Below, one piece after another: positions 44,396-59,600 of a stretch of 64,000 nucleotides of DNA. This DNA comes from Tubiluchus corallicola. Its lineage: Eukaryota; Animalia; Priapulida. How positions within the stretch are numbered: position 1 is the stretch's first letter; each line of letters begins with the position of its first letter. The stretch is taken from the NCBI GenBank assembly GCA_030141605.1, contig JAQGDQ010000113.1, positions 186,001 to 250,000 on the forward strand, in the 5' to 3' direction. The notes beneath the pieces were generated by a model. The model did not search any database. It worked only from the letters and a program-made list of their open reading frames with translations, and was not told where the DNA came from. Position numbers and translations under genes: made by a program.

Positions 44396-44585
44396 TTACT
44401 TGAAGCGCTCCTTTTTGGTTTTTGGTAAAACGCTACCTGTTTTCGAATGTACATGGATAGACATCAGTCCGAGACATCACTAAATGGTCAAACACAAACT
44501 TGTCAAACGTTATCACTAAATAAAGAAAAGTTAATCATGCAGTGCTTAGCTCTGCATTACCATTAAACACAATAAGCATATGATT

Positions 44586-45103
44586 AGGGCCTCATAAGAA
44601 GAGGGGCCCACGCATTTTTTAATCAAATAATTACATAAAAGTTAAACGAAAATTATCTCGAAATATGTGTGGCAGTTTTTATGTTTGTTATCAATAATTG
44701 TGACGCAGTTTCTATGTTTGTTTACAATAATTATGAGTGTACGGACGGGCATCGATATTATAGCTACTGGGCAGCCTGATGAATTGCACATATGATGATA
44801 CGTTGATTGATTATATAATGTGTCATAATACTCATAATACATTTCAAGCGTGGTAACGCATTATAAAAATGTGGTGATACTGAAAACAGGAAAATGTTGC
44901 TTTTGATTTTATGTATTTCATTACATAGTGGTCATAATGACTACGTAACTACTATATCTTACTGCAAGTTTTTCGTTTCAAAAGATACAATTTCATTTTA
45001 CAGATTAGTATTGCTTTTAATCTGAACTACACATATATGGGGGCTTATCGGTACCATAATCTTTGCAGTGCTTAGGACATCTTGAGATCTTAATCCGGCC
45101 CTG
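44586..45103. mobile_element. Probable hAT MITE fragment, same terminus family
   Basis: Ends in AATCCGGCCCTG, identical to the terminus at 4051-4062; the left end is degenerate. Confidence 0.45.
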
Positions 45104-47677
45104 GAAGTTCTAACACTGAACGTCATAACACATGCATAAAAACTTTACACTGTCAAAGGAAAACCGGACGATTGTTTAGACTGAATCTCATTTTAATTTG
45201 CTGTCCAAGATATACATTTTCTTGCCGATAAATGTTAGCAATTGTTTCTTATATTTGAATAATTAACTTAGAAAGTTAATTCACAGTAACCGAACACAGC
45301 TATTGCTTACGTCAGAAACTAACCACAGTTTGTGCAATGGCAGGCATCTTCCCTTCCGCGTCAAACACGTTTGCGTAAGTGTTATAGTACTGCTTAAACG
45401 CGTGATGTCACGAACATGGACAGTACGTCATATGACTTCAGAAACTAACACTGCAGTTCATGACCATGGTTAACACGGTACCGCCTTCTATTTGTAGGCC
45501 ACGCAACTGTGACAGAAAGGCGCCGTTGCCAATCTCAGTAGATTCACTGAACCCGACGTAGCTTTGAAAGTTTAACAAAATTTGAGTATCGGAAGTAATT
45601 ATTATTTATTCTAAGCTTTCATTTAAAAAAGCTATTGTAGTTTTCAATATTTTAGGGCATTTTTTATTCTGAACTAATGTACATAATCATCCGGTTTTCC
45701 AGATTGGTAAGCTTTGTAAATTGTAATTTGTTATGACTATAATTGCTGAAACAATCATTTTCTTACCTTATTTTTGGTAAATGTTGTGTAGTAAGCTGTG
45801 TTGTGATAGGATTACGATAAAAATTTGTGGTGACAAAGCAGATATGATTTGATGTAAATTCGCTTTTAAAAGTGAACATTAATAAACGGCTTGCGACCAT
45901 GAATTCTCGTCCCCCTGCGTGGGTGTAAACATTGCTACCCTGAGGTTAATAACTGACCGTCCTTTACCAAAGTAAGACAAACGCACCTTATCTAAGACAC
46001 GTATGAGTTATAAAAGTTGCACATATGGTTATAAATGTGTGTAATATTTTTATCTGGAAAATGGAGTATGTACACGGTTTTTGTAATAGTAGCTTTATAC
46101 CACCGAATATTTTATTTAAATAAAATATTTATTTAGGATAAAATCATTTATTTACAAAAGATGTAGAAAATCCAAGTAATGTATAAATTAGCAGCACATT
46201 TATCAATAGAATCTTTAACATGCTGATAACCGTTATAATTATAATCACTGGTCCTCAGACAATCACCAGAAATAGTTATTTTCTCAGCCAAATTTTCTGA
46301 TTTTACTCTTACAATAAATTGGTAATTATTCAATGTTTCTTCATTTTGAATATAAATGATTAATATCAAGTCGCACTGAGCAACTTGAAGTCATGTACCT
46401 AAATAGCACACATACACACATATATGTACATAGTCTATGCTGATTTTATACTGCTGTAAATTTATTTTACGGGCTAGGTTACTAAACATGTACGTTTCGT
46501 ATAAGTGTATTTTCATTTATTGCAACAGCGAAACAGAAAATTTTCATTTGGATGGTGTCATAAATAAAATGATAACATTTTGTAATACAAGAATATATTT
46601 TGCTTTTATATTACTTACCATGTACTGAAGTAGCGATTTTGTAAATCAGAAAAATATTTCAGTCACAACGATATGACCAGCAAACGAAACAATCTACTAA
46701 ATCTACACTATACACAAAGATATAATTGTATGATGCTGCAAAAAACATGAGCATGAACGGATGTGAATATGAACCAATTATGTACAAAATTTTTGATAAG
46801 TTTTAAAAGTGAAATTGTCAAAAAATCTAACATTGAACGTAAACGCTTTTTTTATCATTCATTACAACAATTTTCTTCGCGGGTTACCCAATCGTCATCA
46901 TTTACACAGCAGTTGGGTTTTTGTCAAAGACGCCCCGTGGGTAAAACGGGGACAGCTTCATATATTCTAAACAACAAATTTAACACGAATATTATTGCAT
47001 TACTGATGTTTCAAATTTTTAAGCTGTGATTATTTAGGCCACCGTAGCGCAAGTTGCATTCAACAGCAATTCGTGAACACATTGAATTAAGTAAAAGTAG
47101 CTATTCACAAATAATAAGCCTTTTCACAGTTCCAGCGATTGATGATAATCGTGAAACGGTCAAAGGTTAAGTGTACCAGACAACGCATTTGTGTACACTT
47201 GACAATGCCTCGCAGCCCATGCTATTGCAATAGTAACAGTTTTAAAAGCTAACAAGAATTTTTCCTAGCTGCCTTTTTATTGTTTCCAAGCAAGTAAGTT
47301 AAATCATTCTATGCCCAGACTAATGCATGATTAAGTAAAGTCCACGCAAAACAACTGAAATTACTGAAATGATGCGACAGACGGTTTTGGTTTATCCAAA
47401 TGTTACGTGACTGTTGCAGTTAAGACGCACTGACCTACAGCAAGTCTGGATCTGCACAACGAAACTGTGGAAAAGGCTTATTCACATCCTAGTAAAATCA
47501 CTCTAAACAGGTACTTGATATCTTGCGTACACTTCACAACTGATATCAAGTACTTAACGACAATAAGTAGCTTGCAAAATGCCTCAATAGTAACACAGCC
47601 TAAAACTTAACACAAAAATTCTTTGACTTTGGCGTTGTCTTTTACAAATCCAGGAAATAAATTTCTTTTCCGATTGT

Positions 47678-50600
47678 TTAATAAAAGAGATCATCGATGT
47701 GTTTCAGACAGCTAGCTTCTTCCGGTGGAACACACTGTTTGATGTCATTTTCCCAGTAATAGCCAGCTGGGCAGGGGAGAAGGAACCCTCTTTTCCTATG
47801 ACATTGTTGATACATGGTACAGTAGCTTGGGTGAGAATAGTAGCCGTCTTCCATACCCTCGCAGGCAAATTTCAATGCAACTGAAACGTAAGAATTGCAA
47901 ATGTCTGCTTAAAATGGAACAAAATAACACTATAGTAACTGATATACGACTTGTCCCCAAATCGCTTGAAAGCATTATTATTTTATCTAAAGCAAACTGT
48001 GGAACAAATTTCGTTCACTTAAGTGAATCTGAAAAAGGAATCCAAAAAGGTTAGAGATAGTATAACACAATTTACATGCAATAATTTATTGCACATGTGC
48101 AACTCAATTTAAGAGATCAAGGGCATTCGGGAACTGCTTACTACATTCTGCGTGGGAAACGATTGCTGACCGTTTAGTTACTGGCAGTTTGTCAAACTTA
48201 TAATACGAATTAACAAATCTCCTAATAACATACTAATAATAAGACTAATAAAATGAATTGTTTAGCCGCATAAACATATTCCTTGTTATTCAGAATTGTA
48301 CGTTTCATTAATGGCGTTCAAAGTTGAGAGAGAGAAACAAAAAACGGAAAAGCCTGCAACATATTTGCCAAGAAACAAAAAACCTCTTACCTCTATTGTG
48401 TTCGATGACTTCTCTGTCTTTCCGAGTGCCACATTTGACGTCGTAGACAAAGATGCAATCTTGTATGTCATCATTCCACAGCTCTCCAGGTGGGCATGTT
48501 TGACGTGGGTCCTGCATGCAGGTGTAGTACTTCTGACAATTTTGATGATGTCGGTGAGCACCGGCCGCGTTGGGATCATCACAAGCTGGTCCTACAAGAA
48601 GCAAATTTTACACTAAGCAGTTTTACCTGCAGAAGAGTTTTCTCAGTAGTACTGTTGTAACACTAAAACATTATTTTTGAAATTGTGGGTACAGCTTTTT
48701 TTACATAGACATTCTGTTGAGGAATTTACCAAGAAATCCTCGAGTGACAATTCAGAAAACTTATCGTGGTACGAAATCCTGTAGCGGTTATAGATAAATA
48801 CTTAACAACTTAGTACTTCATGACCATGACATGACGCTGTCTTTTGTACAATTTACCACTTAAGAGGCTTTGTCGGACTGATAAATTTGGTATAAACGAA
48901 TTTTTGTCGTAATATATGCTCTGAAAGGAAAACAGCATGACTTTATACCCCACACTATGTTCAAGTACGGTAAAAAGGATGCATTTTAAACGCTAAAATA
49001 ATAATGCCAAAGCGTTTTTTTGATAATTACATAATTGGTTAAAAACTTAATTAGCAATGGACCAGCCCAACTAGTGATGACATCACAACTGAACATAATT
49101 TTCAACAGCATAAACATTTCATGAGCGTGTTGCATGCGTTTGCGAAAGCGAAGCTTGAAGCACAGTTCTACTGTACAGCATTTAATGTGTTATACCAAAA
49201 CTCGGCAATTTTTAAGCTTAAATTCAAATTTTAAGTTTACCGCCGTGCTCACGCATGAGCTCTCGAACGTGTGTGCTACATCACAACTGAACAACTCTGA
49301 AATGAGAGGCCCATCTAACTAGCGAAAGGCGAAATACATGTGGTAACGAAGAACTAGCCGCGCGAACGCAAAATTACGTTTCTGCGGTAATAATACTTTC
49401 ACGTTAGTCAGTCATTAAAAAAATAGTACGCTCCCCTTTTTTGAACAATAGTTTAAGATTGGGCCCGGTTTTTAATTAATTCTTGTTACATATAAAACTG
49501 CACCGGGTTCCATACAAATGCAGTAGCTACTGAGCAATGTTTACGTTGTTATCACCAACCTAGAGCCTTGCTGAAGTCGTTTTTGCCCTGTACAGGATTA
49601 AAAAGTACGAAGAAACTTACGTCTGCGCGGATCGTTCGTGCAGTTTACTCTGTTTCTAAAGTTGCAGACTTTAGCGACATCATCAAACGCCTGTCCACGT
49701 GGGCATCGTCTTACAGGGTTCCTTGTACACGTGTAGTAATGAGTGCAGTCGAATGGATCAACATAGGATCTATCTTGAACTCTTCCAACACACGAAAATG
49801 CTACAAAAATGCATTTGTTGATCAGTCTTTTCTATCTTGCATCCAGCATACGGACAGCTATTTGAATGTAATTACGAACACGAGAAACACCATAAAACAG
49901 TTATGTTCTAAACTAGCATGCAAATACAAATAAGGAAGTTTTCGTTTAAATAAGTTCACACATCTTATTTTCGTATCCACACCTTTGAACCGATATATAT
50001 ATATCGATTATATATATATATATAAGGTATAACATTTTAAGAAAAGTACAAAATTCGAGCCAGATACTTGTACCGAAGTTTTTATATTTTATTAATAACA
50101 GTGATTTTAAGTTAAAATTGAAATTGATTTTGTACTTTAGTCACAATGTAAAACGTGCTGTCAAGAAATAATTTTATGGTCTTGTAAGAAACTACTACAT
50201 GTAGCACACTAATCCTTCTATAATGTTGCTATATGTTTAGTTATTTAATAGTAGTTCGGTGATGATATAAAGTTAGCACTGACACAGTGTACCTGTTCAC
50301 ACTTGCTTTCAGCCTAGAATCATACACGATTTAAATAATTAACATGCAAATTGCAGGATTTACAGTTCATATTTTAAATTATAGTGCCTTGCAGATTACA
50401 AACGGCATAGAAACAAGCGGTTAAAAGAGGGTTTTGCGACAGGAAGTTTTCTAGTTGGTCTTTGAGTGTTGTTTAATGTGGTTTTAAAGAAAGTCCTTTC
50501 AAGACCTTTAAATCATGTTTAGGTGTACCTTGACATTTAGATCCACCCCATCCAGTCTCACACTTGTATTCAGGACATTCTCCACTGACTTTATTACAGG

Positions 50601-53600
50601 CGGCTCCACGCTCACAATGGCAAGTTCCAATGCAGTCAACTCCAAACTTACCATCAGGACACTCTGAAAAATGCTGACAAGTTTAGAAACTGTGAAACTT
50701 ATAGGCCTCAATAGAGAACAAGCATTTTTGTAAAACTGACTTTGTGTTTTGTTTTGCTTTAACAAAAAAATTGTTGTTCCTGCAAATGATGAGTTTAAAA
50801 AATAATGAAAACAATAAAACAAAAAATGCAGTGCTCATCCATCTTTGGTTTCAAAAAGTACAAGTACAATCAAAAGCAATATTTTTTCTCTTTGGGGGAA
50901 AATGGAAAATGCGAAAGGGTTTATTATTAATTAAGAGGATAATATTTTTGAAAATAGCCAAAACAATGCTGTTATTTTAAGATAACTATGCGATTTACTT
51001 TTTTCCAACTTTTCAAATCTCAAAGTGAAGAAAAAAGTATTAATTTATGACGCTGGTCATTTAATTTGGAAACCTGTTTTACTGCAATTCAAAATTTGAA
51101 AAGGAAAAATCAGGTTTAGATTGACGTACTTTTTAATTTAAAGAGAAAACGTAAGCTGAAACAACATTTTGCGTTGGTACAAATTAGCAGTGGTTGGTAG
51201 ACCGCCCTAAGAGATCTAAAAAGGTTGGCAGGGCGCCATAAGACACCTTCTGAGCCCAATACAAGGTCTTGGGTCTATCCAGTATCGTCTCTTTTCCTTC
51301 AACTAGCTAATTGTATCATTATTTGTTGTTTCAGACAAACTGTTAGATTAATTTTCTCTATTTTCACAGAAAGTTCTGTTGTCAAATGACGCAGGCAAGA
51401 TGTTGCACAAATCAATTAGTTGCACAAATTCATTAGTTAGTGCAAAACCGACTGATAAAATTCCTAAAGTTTTATATTTTAAAGAGAAAAGAAAAATAAA
51501 ACCATTTCTTCAACGTAGTATGCCCTAAAGTTTTGGATTGACAATTTGTTGACATTTGTAACTTAAAAACAGACTAATACAGTAATTAAACTTCCGTAAA
51601 ACCCACCTGCCAGACAAAACGGAATTCCGGTATATCCTGTCTCACACCCGGCGGGACATTTTCCTGTTAACTTATCACAGATCGCCCCGTTTTTGCAGGC
51701 TCCACACTTCGTGGCACAATTGATGCCAAAATATCCTTCCTCGCATTCTAAACGAAAAGTAACGTCATTTAAAAATATCTAAGCGGTTCCAGTAAATTAA
51801 TTTCAACTCAACCACGATTTAGGGCCAAATAGGGGTATTCTTTAGTTTCTAGGACAATTCCAAATAAACGACAGCTATTATTCAACCATTGAAAACATTT
51901 TGTAAAAGCCACGGATGAAAATAATCCTTTTAACTCTTGCTAACTTACTGCTGAAAACATGTGGGAAGATCAGTGTAAAAGGTACATCAAACACATACCC
52001 ACAGAATACCTCACAAACACTGGGAAAAGAATTCATTCTTCACCGATATTAGCATGGTCCCAGTTCAATGTCACAGATCAAATTATATAAACTAATTACA
52101 CAGATTCAGGTTTATTGTAAAATACTCACTTTCTTGGCAGCTCAGCCCTCTGTAACCAGCAGAGCATTCGTCATTGTTACATCTTCCTGTGACCTTGTCA
52201 CAAGGTCCTTCATCAAGACAATGGCAGTGCAGGGCACAGTTCATTCCGAATGTGCCATCGTCACATGCTGTACAAAGAAAGAAAGAATGTTTAAATTGAC
52301 ATCATTGCAGTTATTAGTATATTTATTGTACTAGTGAGACTCTTTCCACAATGTAACGACACAGCTTAGATGGATCCTAAAAAATTAATTATTCTAATGA
52401 AGTTTACATGACATTGTTATAGCCAAACTACAAGGGTGTTGTAGGTACAGCTTTTCCAAGTTTTGAAATCAAATATTTAGCTTTTTACTGACAATTAAGA
52501 TAATAATAGCAGCATCTTCTTTCGATATTTGAAAAAATAAATTGAGCCTTAAGCAATTTCACAAAAACACTTACGCTCAAGGCAGCCTCCTTTCGACTTA
52601 TAGCCTGGTGGACAAGCTGAAATAAAAACAAATTGTTTTATGAGAAAACTGAGTTATTTGCATCACTAAAAACATTTAATTTCCATTCATTTTTAGCTTT
52701 GATAGCATCATTGCCGGGTACTAATTATCGCCTAAATTTGAATAAACACTTACTCAGTTGACAGTATGGAATGCCAATGTATCCTGGAGCGCAGTCGCCT
52801 GGACATTTCCCGGATTCTGGATGGCAAGCGGCACCGCCAGCACAGTGGCAGTCATTGGCGCAGTCTTGGCCAAAGAAGCCAGGTGGACAACCTGAAAAAA
52901 CAGTCAGTCAAAGACTGTCCGAGATTCAATGAGCAACAAAACAAACGTGATTAAAACACGCGCAAATGGGAACTATAACGAGCAATACTTTTTTAAGGGA
53001 GGGTACATGTATCAAAATGTGGTTAGAGATATTAAACATGCTGTCTGGCTAATTTCCATAGAAAACCGCTTACAATGGTTTAGAATTTGAAACCGATAAA
53101 TCACTCATATATCTGCTCACATTAGAAAGTTGCTTACAACTTGTGCAGTGCACTAGATAGAATAAAGATACCTTCGTGCTGCATTAGAAACCTAATTTCC
53201 ATGAAAAACCACTTACAATGGTTTCGAATGAAGAAACAGATGAACCATTTATATAGGTGCTCACACAACAGAAAATTGTTTACAAGTTGAACACTAGATG
53301 GCGCTATTAAAGATGCCTTTCTGCTGTACTGAAATGTGTCAAAGAACCGACTCACTTTCCTGACAATTGTATCCAGTCCATCCAGGCTCGCATCGAGTAT
53401 CGTGCCCTTCTCTGTCACAGGTTCCATACAAAGAGTTGCAGGCTCTGAGGTCCAAGCAATGGCAAATGTTTTCACAGTTTTCTCCAAACGTACCCAGTGG
53501 ACAAGCTAAATCAGGAAAAAAATAACAAAATTATTAGACAAAAACCAGAAAAACAGAAAAGCTTACTTCCTTGACTATGACTTTTATTGTCTAAGTTTTT

Positions 53601-56600
53601 GTGTCTAACAAAATGAGGTTTACTTACAGACAGCAAGTTTTTCACAGTTTGGCCCTTTCCATCCCAATGAACAACTTCCGTCGGAACATTTGCCAGTGAC
53701 ACGGTCGCAGTAACCACCATCAGAGCACTTGCAGACGTAGTTGCAGTCTGGACCCCAACGACCCAGTTGACATTCTGCAGCGATAAAGCCGAATTACAGC
53801 AACATATGGCAAATGAAATATGCAAAATTATGATAATTCCTTTGTACTTCTAATACCCATAACGCCCTATAACCCTATATTCTGTTGCACACTGCAATTC
53901 TTTGCGATTAATTAGCATATTTCTTCTGCTGTATTTCTTTTTGAAACACACTTTACATAAAATCAATTAATAGTTCTGTGTCAGTCTATATGTAGGTTCT
54001 ATTGAAATTTTTATATCATAGCTGAGTGTACAAAATTTTTTATAATGCACTCTCCTTTTAAAAGCACAAAATAAATTTAAAATATTATACTAACTGCTAA
54101 AAGTTCTCCTGACACTTTTTCTTGCAAAGCAACATAAAATAGGGTTCTATTTTTCTACTTTTTTATGAATTCGCTAATTTTTGACTGGTTCAGATTTTTT
54201 CAGGTCTCCTTTCATTCTTTCAACTCATTATCAGCAAGTGTAAAAACTGTTGCAAAATAAACCGCAGTGGTTTAGGAAAATTCTGGCATTCCCAGTCGTA
54301 ATCTAATTAATGATCCAGCTATGTATTCACAAGGTTCAGTGCTTAAAATAAATTACAATTATAACGCCTGACAATTACAGAACAACTAGGTTTAAAACAA
54401 AGTTGTAAAGTGTTCTGCACATGTTCAGTTGGTGCAAAATGGTTACCTAGTAAAGCTGACTAATTTAGCAAAGTCTGCCAAGATATAAGTTCGAAAAGGT
54501 TTCATAAAAAATAGTTTTCCGTTTTAGCTGGCAACGTCGTAACATTTTTAACTGATGTTTGTATTTCAAACAACAAACCACAAAATTACTATTTTTTCCA
54601 ATGTAGGCCAAGGCACGTAAAGACTACCAATCCAATGCAGACAAAAATGTTCGCTGTGATGGTATATGATAATTACATAAAAGTAATTATTAATTCGAGA
54701 AAATAGTGGTTAGCTAAATCTCAGTCACATTCCTGGCACACATAGCCGTTACAAAATACTTGCAGGCATTGATTATCACCTGGCGTGTAATTGAAATTCC
54801 AGGTATATTTAATTACGGGTATTACAGGTGCAAATCTGTTTTTCCCGTTTTTTCTAGTCCAAGACAGTTAATCCTTGACTAGAGCTTTTATTTGAATGCG
54901 TTTTAAACGGGATTGGTTTTGATTTCCGCGTATTCTGTAATTTAGCCAGTTATTAATTAAACGATTATAGGTATCATTTTAAACTAACTTCGTTCTCAAA
55001 TGAGACTAACGCGTCGTGTATAAGTTCGGTTTTCAAAGTGAGTGTATTGTAATAGGAAAAATGTCAAAATGCAATTTAAGTCTCACCGACTTAACAAGTC
55101 TTTCAATTAGCTACATCAAGTTGGTTCCCACCGATTAAGTTTTCTGAGGGAGGAAAGCTGATGAAGAAAAAGATTTTTTTGAGATTTAAGTTGCATTTTG
55201 ATTTTTTTGTCCTTTTATGACCATGGCAAGTCTCGGACGAGCACTAACTTATTTTCAAGGTAATGAATGAACGTAAGAAACGTTATTTGTAAGAAACAAC
55301 ATAATTGTGCCTAACTAAAGTGAGAAGGTACAAAAACTTCATCACATGACCTCATAGGTGAAAAAATTAAAGGCACCTGATGTCATAATATCTGGGCACA
55401 AACTTAAAGTAATTACTCTCCATGAGTACCCTTATTTTTACCAGATTTAGCTCATTTGAGACCTCAGTTTAAGACCTGGTAAAGTCATTGTTTCAAATTT
55501 TCTATTAGTTATCATTATCACGTACAAGCTGCTGTAACAATAACAAAAAAATGTACGTCTAGAGGAAGCAGGAAGGAAACTTACTTTGATCACAATATGG
55601 TCTTCCCGTATATCCAGACGAACATCCGCCATCGCATTCTCCAGTGTCCTCATCGCAAGGAAAACCTCCAGCGCAGTGACACTCATTTTCGCACTGTGAT
55701 CCGTAGAAACCTGGCGGACAAACTAGAAAACACAAAACGCAAAACATTATTATTTGCACTCAGAAAATTATATTGCTGAGTTCATCACCACCATCATGAT
55801 CATGATCATCGTAGTCGTCGTCGTCATCATCATCATCATCATCATCAACAACAACAACTTCATTATCATCTCATTGTTACCACCATAATCATCATAACCA
55901 CTATCCTAATCATCATCATCACTATGACAACGACTCCATTCATCATCACCATCCTCTTCCTCATCACCATCATCATTAGTAACAATAGTTACCTGTATAT
56001 TGTCAACACCACCACCACCACCACCACCATCACCACACCCACCACCATCACCACCACTAACACCACACTTCTGAACACCGTCTTTAACTTTTCTGTCATA
56101 CCGATTTCAAGAGCAGCAGGATCAATGTCACCATCACCCGTGAGAGGGTTAACTATTTGCACCGCCACGGTACCTCTGTTCAATTGAGGAGGTACCCTGC
56201 ACAAAGCTTGCAGTTGACTGTTCATGGTAGCGTCCACATAAGTGTTGCCAATCTTGCACTTCACAGACCCAGATGCGGCATCAAAGCAAGGTCCCTGTGC
56301 TATGATCTCTCCACCAGTGAGAGGCACACGCGGAGGATAAATGTATAAGCGATTTCCTGTAAAAGGGATCGCACGTTTTAAGAAAGAAAAACGATTTTTT
56401 ATTTTGGTAAAGATTAGGTAGCAGTACCACAGACCTAAATATTATTTGCAGGCAGTTTTCACTGGGAAAATGATTTGGATGTTAAAAACATCAAAACAGA
56501 TATGAAAAACGAAATGTAGTGTTAAGACATGCAAGTATTAATACAAGTGATGAAAAGGAAAAAGCATTGCTAATTGCGGTGAATTTTAGTCAAGCATAAA

Positions 56601-59600
56601 GACCATGAGATTTAGGCACATCTTATTCTTCTCTTGCAGAATATTGAGTTCAATCTTAAAATCTATGTATCAAGTACCACTCTTTTAGTTAAAGGACAAC
56701 ACAACAGGAATGTTACTAAAATACGTCACTTTGCGCGAAGCAGTCGCAATAGTCTCACGTAAGCACAATATTTACAGCTTTTACAAACTGTGCAAGTAAT
56801 AGCCTACCTGAAATATCTACTCTACAACCACAAGCTCCTTTGGAAGACTACGGAGAACAAACGTCTAGAAACCAAAATAGCAGAGAAAGAGTGAATAGAA
56901 TATATTCATAGCGAAAAGTGCACTATAGATAGCAGAGACAAGGACAACATAAACTACATCACACCTTTCACACCTGTTTCTTTGCAACCAGCAGGTAGAA
57001 TGTCTAACTCTCCGACTTTGAAGATCCACTTTCCGGGCACGCCCACGTTGCTGGTTTCTTGAACGTTAAGCACGGATATCGTGCCGGATCCTTTTAGAGC
57101 TAAAAAGTTCTGCCCGTCTCCGGCGTTGAAACCAACCTGGAGAAAAATGAAATTAAGAAGTTGAAGCTTACTCACGTGGAAAACAATGTAAAGTGTGATT
57201 ATAATTAACAAATCAGTGCAAGTATTCTAGTCAAGTAATTAGTGATGTACTTTTTTACTTCGAGAAGGACATTATTCCTATGGTCAGTAATTTCATTACC
57301 CACCGACATCAAATAATTATAATTAATATTTAATCAGTTAAACACGCAATTGAGAGTGATGTTTGGACGTATAAAGAAAGACATTTGCCAGATTAAAATC
57401 CAGGACGAGGAGCAATCCAGGATTTGAATATCGATTTTTGCCACTTTTTCTGTTAAGCATTTAGCATCTGTTTCCATAGATGGAAGCAATGTACCACTAG
57501 TACACTAGTGATTTTTGTCTTAAATGCCAATAATAATCTATAGCAATAAGTAAATTAAGACACAGAAACGTACAAACACGAAGAATAACCTCTCCCTCCT
57601 AGCACGCTTGTAGAACGTATAACACGATGAACATTGTAGAAGGTACAACACGATGAGCGTTTTAGTCAAGTAACCAGTAACTTCCTCCAGGTTAATTAAT
57701 TGCTTACCTGTGCAGCTTCTCCTCCAAGTCCAGAGGTAGGGTCACCCTTGCTGGCCGTGCCTGTTGTCCAACTTAGCTGATTATACAGAAAAATTGCAAA
57801 CGTTTCCTCTCTATCTGTGACTAGGATGCACTGGAAGGTGTTAGTCTGCAAGAGAAAATTACATTTAGAGTGCGCGCGACAGTTATTTATAAATTACATT
57901 TTAGTTTCTTTATGTTACTTATTTAGTCTGAACAATTGGCTTTCGACCTTAGCCTAATCACAATTCATACGATGAATATTGCTCAGTAAAAAGTTGTGCA
58001 TTTAAAGGTGTTTTTGTAAACGGGGTTTATAGTATCTCTAATATCTTGTTACACAAAATAATTTACTTGATTTGCTCCTGGTTTTTATTAGTTACTTGTT
58101 GATATCTGTTTAAATGCGTTATGCAGTATTGTCTCATTTAAACTCTCCCTTAAAATTGTCTCATTTATTAAGAGTCACTCAGCATTGTTAGTGGACATGT
58201 ATCATTTATTCTCATTTGACACTCTTTCAGTATTTTCTCAGTTGAAAAGTGTGATTCGGTATTCTCTTATTTGGCACGTGTCAATATGCATTGTATTTAC
58301 CACGTATCATTCTGTATTGTCTTAACTGACAACTGTCATTCAGTATATTGTCTAGTTACATGTGTCATACCGTACTGTCTGACATGATACGTGCCATTCG
58401 TCATTGCTTAACTTGAATCTCGGTGTTAATCAATACCACTGCATTTTTGTACATGTAACTCAACAAGATTTGATTTAGACTTTTCAAGCCTTAGATCAAC
58501 ATTGTATTTTTTATATAAGTTCGGACCAAAAAACAGAATTGTGTTAAATTTGCTTATTTATCTATCAATATGTGATGAGAGTAAAAATTTCTCTTACATA
58601 AAAATATAATTTTGATGACCATGAACCAGTTGTGCGCATGCTTAGTTACTTACACTGCTTTCCCTGGTGCCACCGAAAAATGTAACGCGCTCCCACGTAG
58701 TCACGAATGCAGCTTTAGCTTCAAAGTCTAAATGAGTTATAAATGTAGTCCTAATCTCTCGGTTTATCCTTTCTAAGATTGATGGTTCTGAAAATGAAAT
58801 ATATATATATATATATATATATCAAGCAATAGTTACAATACTAATTGTTTCAAGACCATCCTGCAAATTCGTGTTGCTTAATCCTTTTGCCGAACAGAAA
58901 TATGAATGGCCTTCTAGAGTTTAACGTTATTTCACGTGTCAAATATATATAATATATATCTATAATATATATTATATTATATTATATTATATTATATTAT
59001 ATTATATTATATTATATTATATTATATTATATTATATTATATTATATTATATTATATTATATTATATTATATTATATTATATTATATTATATTATATTAT
59101 ATTATATTATAATATATTATATTATATTATATTATATTATATTATATTATATTATATTATATTATATTATATTATATTATATTATATTATATTATATTAT
59201 ATTATATTATATTATATTATATTATATTATATTATATTATATTATATTATATTATATTATCCAAGGTGTAATAATTTATTGTCACAAAGAAAGAGTAAAC
59301 TCAGATAAGAGAAAACTCATCAATATTAAAAATCCACTAATATTATATACATATGTGTATTTATAAATGCATATATTATACATTGTATATAAACTATTCT
59401 CCACAAACTTCCTGTGAAAAACAAATTGACAATTAAGAGTTTCCATCGTAGAATATGTGATTTGCTACTTTCAGTAATCATACATGGTGAGTCAAGGATA
59501 GACTTGCAGTATTATCCAAGTTCAAACATAAAGATACTGTGAAACTGTGCTGTAATTATCAAACTCATTCACGAAACAACAGCCTTTGCAATCAGTCCAG

